A stretch of DNA of 64,000 nt from Escherichia coli (lineage in GTDB: Bacteria; Pseudomonadota; Gammaproteobacteria; Enterobacterales; Enterobacteriaceae), in NCBI RefSeq assembly GCF_013315695.1, contig NZ_CP054353.1, one strand, 5' to 3'. This document shows positions 55,792 to 64,000 of this stretch, one piece after another (the stretch's first letter is position 1; every line of letters begins with the position of its first letter). Both the position numbers and the translations under genes were made by a program. Under the pieces are notes generated by a model. The model saw only the letters and a program-made list of their open reading frames with translations, was not told the DNA's origin and did not search any database.

Positions 55792-56832
55792 ATGGCTCAC
55801 CGCCCACGCTGGACATTGTCGCAAGTCACAGAATTATTTGAAAAACCGTTGCTGGATCTGCTGTTTGAAGCGCAGCAGGTGCATCGTCAGCATTTCGATC
55901 CTCGTCAGGTGCAGGTCAGCACTTTGCTGTCGATTAAGACCGGAGCTTGTCCGGAAGATTGCAAATATTGCCCGCAAAGCTCGCGCTACAAAACCGGGCT
56001 GGAAGCCGAGCGGTTGATGGAAGTTGAACAGGTGCTGGAGTCGGCGCGCAAAGCGAAAGCGGCAGGATCGACGCGCTTCTGCATGGGCGCGGCGTGGAAG
56101 AATCCCCACGAACGCGATATGCCCTACCTGGAACAAATGGTGCAGGGAGTAAAAGCGATGGGGCTGGAGGCGTGTATGACGCTGGGTACGTTGAGTGAAT
56201 CTCAGGCGCAGCGCCTTGCGAACGCCGGGCTGGATTACTACAACCACAACCTCGACACCTCGCCGGAGTTTTACGGCAATATCATCACCACACGCACTTA
56301 TCAGGAACGCCTCGATACGCTGGAAAAAGTGCGCGATGCCGGGATCAAAGTCTGCTCAGGTGGCATTGTGGGCTTAGGCGAAACGGTGAAAGATCGCGCC
56401 GGATTATTACTGCAACTGGCAAACCTGCCGACGCCGCCGGAAAGCGTGCCAATCAACATGCTGGTGAAGGTGAAAGGCACGCCGCTGGCGGATAACGATG
56501 ATGTCGATGCCTTTGATTTTATTCGCACCATTGCAGTTGCGCGGATCATGATGCCGACCTCTTACGTACGCCTTTCTGCCGGACGCGAGCAGATGAACGA
56601 ACAGACTCAGGCGATGTGCTTTATGGCTGGCGCAAACTCGATTTTCTACGGTTGCAAACTGCTGACCACGCCGAATCCGGAAGAAGATAAAGACCTGCAA
56701 CTGTTCCGCAAACTGGGGCTAAATCCGCAGCAAACTGCCGTGCTGGCGGGCGATAACGAACAACAGCAGCGTCTGGAGCAGGCGCTGATGACCCCGGACA
56801 CTGACGAATATTACAACGCGGCAGCACTATGA
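55792..56832 (+). CDS. bioB: biotin synthase
   Basis: 346 aa radical-SAM enzyme with CxxxCxxC (CPEDCKYC). Confidence 0.97.
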   Translation: MAHRPRWTLSQVTELFEKPLLDLLFEAQQVHRQHFDPRQVQVSTLLSIKTGACPEDCKYCPQSSRYKTGLEAERLMEVEQVLESARKAKAAGSTRFCMGAAWKNPHERDMPYLEQMVQGVKAMGLEACMTLGTLSESQAQRLANAGLDYYNHNLDTSPEFYGNIITTRTYQERLDTLEKVRDAGIKVCSGGIVGLGETVKDRAGLLLQLANLPTPPESVPINMLVKVKGTPLADNDDVDAFDFIRTIAVARIMMPTSYVRLSAGREQMNEQTQAMCFMAGANSIFYGCKLLTTPNPEEDKDLQLFRKLGLNPQQTAVLAGDNEQQQRLEQALMTPDTDEYYNAAAL

Positions 56833-57983
56833 GCTGGCAGGAGAAAATCAACGCGGCGCTCGATGCGCGGCGTGCTGCCGATGCCCTGCGTCGCCGTTAT
56901 CCAGTGGCGCAAGGAGCCGGACGCTGGCTGGTGGCGGACGATCGCCAGTATCTGAACTTTTCCAGTAACGATTATTTAGGTTTAAGCCATCATCCGCAAA
57001 TTATCCGTGCCTGGAAGCAGAGTGCGGAGCAATTTGGCGTCGGTAGCGGCGGCTCCGGTCACGTCAGCGGTTATAGCGTGGCGCATCAGGCGCTGGAAGA
57101 AGAACTGGCCGAGTGGCTGGGCTATTCGCGGGCACTGCTGTTTATCTCTGGTTTTGCCGCTAATCAGGCCGTCATTGCCGCGATGATGGCAAAAGAGGAC
57201 CGCATTGTTGCTGACCGGCTTAGCCATGCCTCATTGCTGGAAGCTGCCAGTTTAAGCCCGTCGCAGCTTCGCCGTTTTGCTCATAACGATGTCACTCATC
57301 TGGCGCGACTGCTTGCTTCCCCCTGTCCGGGGCAGCAACTGGTGGTGACAGAAGGCGTGTTCAGCATGGACGGCGATAGTGCGCCACTGGCGGAAATCCA
57401 GCAGGTAACGCAACAGCACGATGGCTGGTTGATGGTCGATGACGCCCACGGCACGGGCGTTATCGGGGAGCAGGGGCGTGGCAGCTGCTGGCTGCAAAAG
57501 GTAAAACCAGAATTGCTGGTGGTGACTTTTGGCAAAGGATTTGGCGTCAGCGGGGCAGCGGTGCTTTGCTCCAATACGGTGGCGGATTATCTGCTGCAAT
57601 TCGCCCGCCATCTTATCTACAGCACCAGTATGCCGCCCGCTCAGGCGCAGGCATTACGTGCGTCGCTGGCGGTCATTCGCAGTGATGAGGGTGATGCACG
57701 GCGCGAAAAACTGGCGGCACTCATTACGCGTTTTCGTGCCGGAGTGCAGGATTTGCCGTTTACGCTTGCTGATTCATGGAGCGCCATCCAGCCATTGATC
57801 GTCGGTGATAACAGCCGTGCGTTACAACTGGCAGAAAAACTGCGCCAGCAAGGTTGCTGGGTCACGGCGATTCGCCCGCCAACCGTACCCGCTGGTACTG
57901 CGCGACTGCGCTTAACGCTAACCGCAGCGCATGAAATGCAGGATATCGATAGTCTGCTGGAGGTGCTGCATGACAACGGTTAA
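56829..57983 (+). CDS. bioF: 8-amino-7-oxononanoate synthase
   Basis: 384 aa; overlaps bioB by 4 nt. Confidence 0.97.
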   Translation: MSWQEKINAALDARRAADALRRRYPVAQGAGRWLVADDRQYLNFSSNDYLGLSHHPQIIRAWKQSAEQFGVGSGGSGHVSGYSVAHQALEEELAEWLGYSRALLFISGFAANQAVIAAMMAKEDRIVADRLSHASLLEAASLSPSQLRRFAHNDVTHLARLLASPCPGQQLVVTEGVFSMDGDSAPLAEIQQVTQQHDGWLMVDDAHGTGVIGEQGRGSCWLQKVKPELLVVTFGKGFGVSGAAVLCSNTVADYLLQFARHLIYSTSMPPAQAQALRASLAVIRSDEGDARREKLAALITRFRAGVQDLPFTLADSWSAIQPLIVGDNSRALQLAEKLRQQGCWVTAIRPPTVPAGTARLRLTLTAAHEMQDIDSLLEVLHDNG

Positions 57984-58725
57984 TAAACAAGCCATTGCAG
58001 CGGCATTTGGTCGGGCAGCCGCGCACTATGAGCAACATGCGGATCTACAGCGCCAGAGTGCTGACGTCTTACTGGCAATGCTCCCACAGCGTAAATACAC
58101 CCACGTACTGGATGCGGGTTGTGGACCTGGCTGGATGAGCCGTCATTGGCGGGAACGTCACGCGCAGGTGACGGCGTTAGATCTCTCGCCGCCAATGCTT
58201 ATTCAGGCACGCCAGAAGGATGCAGCAGACCATTATCTGGCGGGAGATATCGAATCCCTGCCGTTAGCGACTGCGACGTTCGATCTTGCATGGAGCAATC
58301 TCGCGGTGCAGTGGTGCGGTAATTTATCCACGGCACTTCGCGAGCTGTATCGCGTGGTGCGCCCCGGAGGCGTGGTCGCGTTTACCACGCTGGTGCAGGG
58401 ATCGCTCCCTGAATTACATCAGGCGTGGCAGGCGGTGGACGAGCGCCCGCATGCTAATCGCTTTTTACCGCCAGATGAAATCGAACAGTCGCTGAACGGC
58501 CTGCATTATCAACATCATATTCAGCCCATCACGCTGTGGTTTGATGATGCGCTCAGTGCCATGCGTTCGCTGAAAGGCATCGGTGCCACGCATCTTCATG
58601 AAGGGCGCGACCCGCGGATATTAACGCGTTCGCAGTTGCAGCGATTGCAACTGGCCTGGCCACAAAAACAGGGGCGATATCCTCTGACGTATCATCTTTT
58701 TTTGGGAGTGATTGCTCGTGAGTAA
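57970..58725 (+). CDS. bioC: malonyl-ACP O-methyltransferase
   Basis: 251 aa from [27 protein letters not shown] motif LDAGCGPG. Confidence 0.95.
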   Translation: MTTVNKQAIAAAFGRAAAHYEQHADLQRQSADVLLAMLPQRKYTHVLDAGCGPGWMSRHWRERHAQVTALDLSPPMLIQARQKDAADHYLAGDIESLPLATATFDLAWSNLAVQWCGNLSTALRELYRVVRPGGVVAFTTLVQGSLPELHQAWQAVDERPHANRFLPPDEIEQSLNGLHYQHHIQPITLWFDDALSAMRSLKGIGATHLHEGRDPRILTRSQLQRLQLAWPQKQGRYPLTYHLFLGVIARE

Positions 58726-59395
58726 ACGTTATTTTGTCACCGGAACGGATACCGAAGTGGGGAAAACCGTCGCCAGTTGTGCACTTTTACAAGCCGCAAA
58801 GGCAGCAGGCTACCGGACGGCAGGTTACAAACCGGTGGCCTCTGGCAGCGAAAAGACCCCGAAAGGCTTACGTAATAGTGACGCGCTGGCGTTACAGCGC
58901 AACAGTAGCCTGCAGCTGGATTACGCAACGGTAAATCCTTACACCTTCGCAGAACCCACCTCGCCGCACATCATCAGCGCACAAGAGGGCAGGCCGATAG
59001 AATCATTGGTAATGAGCGCCGGATTACGCGCGCTTGAACAACAGGCTGACTGGGTGTTAGTGGAAGGTGCTGGCGGCTGGTTTACGCCGCTTTCTGACAC
59101 TTTCACTTTTGCGGATTGGGTAACACAGGAACAACTGCCGGTGATACTGGTAGTTGGTGTGAAACTCGGCTGTATTAATCACGCGATGTTGACTGCACAG
59201 GCTGTGCAGCAAGCCGGACTCACTCTGGTGGGTTGGGTAGCGAACGATGTCACTCCACCGGGCAAGCGTCACGCTGAATATATGACCACGCTCACCCGCA
59301 TGATTCCCGCGCCGTTGCTGGGCGAAATTCCCTGGCTTGCAGAAAATCCAGAAAATGCGGCAACCGGAAAGTACATAAACCTTGCCTTGTTGTAG
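58718..59395 (+). CDS. bioD: dethiobiotin synthetase
   Basis: 225 aa, GTG start, P-loop GTDTEVGKT. Confidence 0.95.
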   Translation: MSKRYFVTGTDTEVGKTVASCALLQAAKAAGYRTAGYKPVASGSEKTPKGLRNSDALALQRNSSLQLDYATVNPYTFAEPTSPHIISAQEGRPIESLVMSAGLRALEQQADWVLVEGAGGWFTPLSDTFTFADWVTQEQLPVILVVGVKLGCINHAMLTAQAVQQAGLTLVGWVANDVTPPGKRHAEYMTTLTRMIPAPLLGEIPWLAENPENAATGKYINLALL

Positions 59396-59554
59396 CCATC
59401 CTGTATTTGGTTAAATTGCGAGCGAGATCGCGTCTTCGGTTGACTGCAATTTAACCAATTAAATTCTAAAATAATCACGAAAAAAATTTTACTTCCGCAT
59501 CATGCGGTGGATGTGGGAATTGCCCAGGCGGCGGGGGATAGGGGCTGCAGACAG

Positions 59555-59577
59555 TTATCCACTATTCCTGTGGATAA
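59555..59577. promoter_or_regulatory. pair of inverted DnaA boxes upstream of uvrB
   Basis: ttatccact ... tgtggataa. Confidence 0.6.
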
Positions 59578-59881
59578 CCATGTGTATTAGAGTTAGAAAA
59601 CACGAGGCAAGCGAGAGAATACGCGGCTTGCACGCGAATTGGCGTTAAAGACGGCTCAAAGAAATATCTTTTATTTTTTAACTGGTTAGATAATTGCAAT
59701 GGCAGTCACTGAAGAGGCATCTCTTGCCATAAAACTGTCATCACTCATCTTGACAAATGTTAAAAAAGCCGTTGCTTTGGGGATAACCCGGTAAGGCCGG
59801 AGTTTTATCTCGCCACAGAGTAAATTTTGCTCATGATTGACAGCTGAGTTTACGCTGTAACAGAAATATTATGGTGAGAAA

Positions 59882-59897
59882 CTGTTTTTTTATCCAG
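59882..59897. promoter_or_regulatory. LexA (SOS) box in the uvrB promoter
   Basis: ctgtttttttatccag (CTGT-N8-CCAG) immediately followed by -10 tataat. Confidence 0.8.
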
Positions 59898-59973
59898 TAT
59901 AATTTGTTGGCATAATTAAGTACGACGAGTAAAATTACATACCTGCCCGCCCAACTCCTTCAGGTAGCGACTC

Positions 59974-61995
59974 ATGAGTAAACCGTTCAAACTGAATTCC
60001 GCTTTTAAACCTTCTGGCGATCAGCCAGAGGCGATTCGACGTCTCGAAGAGGGGCTGGAAGATGGCCTGGCGCACCAGACGTTACTTGGCGTGACTGGCT
60101 CCGGGAAAACCTTCACCATTGCCAATGTCATTGCTGACCTTCAGCGCCCTACCATGGTACTTGCGCCCAACAAAACGCTGGCGGCCCAGTTGTATGGCGA
60201 AATGAAAGAATTCTTCCCGGAAAACGCGGTGGAATATTTCGTCTCCTACTACGACTACTATCAGCCGGAAGCCTATGTACCGAGTTCCGACACCTTCATT
60301 GAGAAAGATGCCTCGGTAAACGAACATATCGAGCAGATGCGTTTGTCCGCCACCAAAGCGATGCTGGAGCGGCGTGATGTGGTTGTGGTGGCATCGGTTT
60401 CCGCGATTTATGGTCTGGGCGATCCTGATTTATATCTCAAGATGATGCTCCATCTCACGGTCGGTATGATTATCGATCAGCGCGCGATTCTGCGCCGACT
60501 GGCGGAGCTGCAATACGCTCGTAATGATCAGGCATTCCAGCGCGGTACTTTCCGCGTTCGTGGTGAGGTGATAGATATCTTCCCGGCAGAATCGGATGAC
60601 ATTGCACTTCGCGTGGAACTGTTTGACGAGGAAGTGGAACGATTGTCGTTATTTGACCCGCTGACCGGGCAGATTGTTTCCACTATTCCACGTTTTACCA
60701 TCTACCCGAAAACGCACTACGTCACGCCGCGCGAGCGCATCGTACAGGCGATGGAAGAGATCAACGAAGAACTGGCCGCCAGACGCAAAGTGCTGTTGGA
60801 GAACAACAAGTTGCTTGAAGAGCAGCGGCTGACCCAGCGTACCCAGTTTGATCTGGAGATGATGAACGAGCTGGGCTACTGTTCCGGGATTGAGAACTAC
60901 TCGCGCTTCCTCTCCGGTCGTGGACCGGGTGAGCCACCGCCGACGCTGTTTGATTACCTGCCTGCCGATGGGCTGCTGGTCGTCGACGAATCTCACGTCA
61001 CCATTCCACAAATTGGTGGCATGTATCGCGGTGACCGGGCGCGTAAAGAGACACTGGTGGAGTATGGCTTCCGCCTGCCATCAGCGCTGGATAACCGTCC
61101 GCTTAAGTTTGAAGAGTTCGAAGCATTAGCGCCGCAAACCATCTATGTTTCGGCGACGCCGGGTAATTACGAGCTGGAAAAATCCGGCGGCGATGTGGTG
61201 GATCAGGTGGTGCGTCCAACAGGCTTACTTGACCCGATTATTGAAGTGCGTCCGGTAGCGACACAGGTGGATGATCTTCTATCGGAGATTCGTCAGCGAG
61301 CGGCAATTAACGAACGCGTACTGGTTACAACTCTGACCAAGCGGATGGCGGAAGATCTCACTGAATATCTCGAAGAACACGGTGAGCGCGTGCGTTATCT
61401 TCACTCAGATATCGACACCGTCGAACGTATGGAGATTATCCGCGACTTGCGTCTGGGTGAGTTCGACGTATTGGTAGGGATCAACTTACTGCGCGAAGGT
61501 CTGGATATGCCGGAAGTGTCGCTGGTGGCGATCCTCGACGCTGACAAAGAAGGCTTCCTGCGTTCCGAACGTTCGTTGATCCAGACCATTGGTCGTGCGG
61601 CACGTAACGTTAACGGTAAAGCGATTCTCTACGGCGATAAGATCACCCCATCAATGGCGAAAGCGATTGGCGAAACCGAACGTCGCCGCGAGAAACAGCA
61701 GAAGTACAACGAGGAACACGGCATTACGCCGCAAGGCTTGAACAAGAAAGTGGTCGATATCCTGGCGCTGGGGCAGAACATTGCCAAAACCAAAGCGAAG
61801 GGCAGAGGAAAATCGCGCCCGATTGTTGAGCCGGATAATGTGCCGATGGATATGTCGCCTAAAGCGTTGCAGCAGAAAATCCATGAGCTGGAAGGGTTGA
61901 TGATGCAACACGCGCAGAATCTGGAGTTCGAAGAAGCGGCGCAAATTCGTGACCAGTTGCATCAGTTGCGTGATTTGTTTATTGCCGCGTCGTGA
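59974..61995 (+). CDS. uvrB: excinuclease ABC subunit B
   Basis: 673 aa, Walker A GVTGSGKT, helicase motifs. Confidence 0.98.
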   Translation: MSKPFKLNSAFKPSGDQPEAIRRLEEGLEDGLAHQTLLGVTGSGKTFTIANVIADLQRPTMVLAPNKTLAAQLYGEMKEFFPENAVEYFVSYYDYYQPEAYVPSSDTFIEKDASVNEHIEQMRLSATKAMLERRDVVVVASVSAIYGLGDPDLYLKMMLHLTVGMIIDQRAILRRLAELQYARNDQAFQRGTFRVRGEVIDIFPAESDDIALRVELFDEEVERLSLFDPLTGQIVSTIPRFTIYPKTHYVTPRERIVQAMEEINEELAARRKVLLENNKLLEEQRLTQRTQFDLEMMNELGYCSGIENYSRFLSGRGPGEPPPTLFDYLPADGLLVVDESHVTIPQIGGMYRGDRARKETLVEYGFRLPSALDNRPLKFEEFEALAPQTIYVSATPGNYELEKSGGDVVDQVVRPTGLLDPIIEVRPVATQVDDLLSEIRQRAAINERVLVTTLTKRMAEDLTEYLEEHGERVRYLHSDIDTVERMEIIRDLRLGEFDVLVGINLLREGLDMPEVSLVAILDADKEGFLRSERSLIQTIGRAARNVNGKAILYGDKITPSMAKAIGETERRREKQQKYNEEHGITPQGLNKKVVDILALGQNIAKTKAKGRGKSRPIVEPDNVPMDMSPKALQQKIHELEGLMMQHAQNLEFEEAAQIRDQLHQLRDLFIAAS

Positions 61996-62002
61996 CAAGA
62001 TG

Positions 62003-62031
62003 ACGAAGCCGGAATATTCTTCCGGCTTCGT
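62003..62031. terminator. hairpin between convergent uvrB and ybhK
   Basis: 11-bp stem acgaagccgga / tccggcttcgt; no clear U-run on either side. Confidence 0.5.
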
Positions 62032-62032
62032 G

Positions 62033-63001
<969 letters not shown>

Positions 63002-63138
63002 TTAACCTGCCAATATTGAGGATACAAACTATTTTCTTCTACCTCTAAAGGACGATGTACGCTATGCCTTCCTGATGATGTATATCAAAGTAAAACCGCC
63101 ATTTTCCCTTATTCTGTAGCGAAATAGCACGATCATGA

Positions 63139-63162
63139 CGCTATATACATGATTGCATAGCG
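63139..63162. promoter_or_regulatory. candidate ModE site in the moaA promoter
   Basis: cgctatatacatgattgcatagcg, near-palindrome similar to the modA operator. Confidence 0.5.
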
Positions 63163-63169
63163 AAAGTGT

Positions 63170-63330
63170 GGATGGTAAAAATCTCATTTACACGCTAGTA
63201 TCGGCTTAACCACTAAACACTCTAGCCTCTGCACCTGGGTCAACTGATACGGTGCTTTGGCCGTGACAATGCTCGTAAAGATTGCCACCAGGGCGAAGGA
63301 AGAAATGACTTCGCCTCCCGTATCTGGAAA
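63170..63330 (+). promoter_or_regulatory. moaA 5' leader; candidate molybdenum-cofactor (Moco) riboswitch
   Basis: Long structured leader ending in gcctccc ... ggaaagg before the ATG; position matches the recalled Moco RNA motif; boundaries approximate. Confidence 0.5.
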
Positions 63331-63337
63331 GGTGTAC

Positions 63338-64000
63338 ATGGCTTCACAACTGACTGATGCATTTGCGCGTAAGTTTTACTACTTGCGCCTGTCGATTACC
63401 GATGTGTGTAACTTTCGTTGCACCTACTGCCTGCCGGATGGCTACAAACCGAGCGGCGTCACCAATAAAGGCTTTCTTACCGTCGATGAAATTCGCCGGG
63501 TTACGCGCGCCTTCGCCAGTCTGGGCACCGAAAAAGTCCGTCTGACGGGCGGTGAGCCGTCTTTACGCCGCGACTTTACCGATATCATCGCCGCTGTGCG
63601 AGAAAACGACGCTATCCGCCAGATTGCGGTCACCACCAATGGTTACCGTCTGGAACGCGATGTGGCGAACTGGCGCGATGCTGGACTTACTGGCATCAAC
63701 GTCAGCGTTGATAGCCTTGACGCTCGCCAGTTTCATGCCATTACCGGGCAGGATAAATTCAACCAGGTCATGGCAGGAATCGATGCTGCATTTGAGGCCG
63801 GTTTTGAGAAGGTCAAAGTCAATACCGTGCTGATGCGTGATGTTAATCATCATCAGCTCGACACCTTTCTGAACTGGATCCAGCATCGTCCCATCCAGCT
63901 GCGTTTCATCGAACTGATGGAGACGGGCGAGGGCAGCGAGCTCTTCCGTAAGCATCACATCTCTGGTCAGGTTCTGCGTGACGAGTTACTGCGTCGCGGC
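63338..64000 (+). CDS. moaA: GTP 3',8-cyclase MoaA, N-terminal part (3' end outside window)
   Basis: [31 protein letters not shown] radical-SAM motif; open to window end, so absent from the ORF track. Confidence 0.95.

Overview
Enterobacterial (Escherichia coli-like) chromosomal segment running from the 3' end of sucC through sucD, cydABX-ybgE, ybgC-tolQRA-tolB-pal-cpoB, the seven-gene lysT tRNA operon, nadA-pnuC, zitB, ybgS, aroG, gpmA, galMKTE, modFE, acrZ, modABC, ybhA, pgl, ybhD/H/I/J/C/B, bioABFCD, uvrB, ybhK and the start of moaA. Gene identities were assigned by reading the translations and recalling the protein families; no database search was run. The main non-core content is a ~16 kb accessory segment between sucD and cydA (about 1753-17600), where E. 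coli K-12 carries mngR-mngA-mngB. It holds an exported TPR protein, an RtcB-like C-terminal fragment, an ERIC repeat, a LysR regulator, and a nine-gene minus-strand operon for B12-dependent glutamate catabolism via methylaspartate (glmS-glmL-glmE-mal, a DUF1446/DUF4387-like pair, a DctA-like transporter, class I fumarase/mesaconase, and a second cob(I)alamin adenosyltransferase). Next to cydA sits a visibly AT-rich two-gene module (314 aa and 140 aa) in which I recognise no domain; this is the best candidate for something undescribed. Other observations: ybhD is split by a +1 frameshift in an 8-nt homopolymer, the 3' end of lysQ plus its terminator is duplicated about 155 bp downstream, and several regulatory sites (gal OE/OI, bioO, uvrB LexA box, TyrR, NadR, Fur, ModE boxes) are readable. 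No CRISPR array, integrase or transposase was found.
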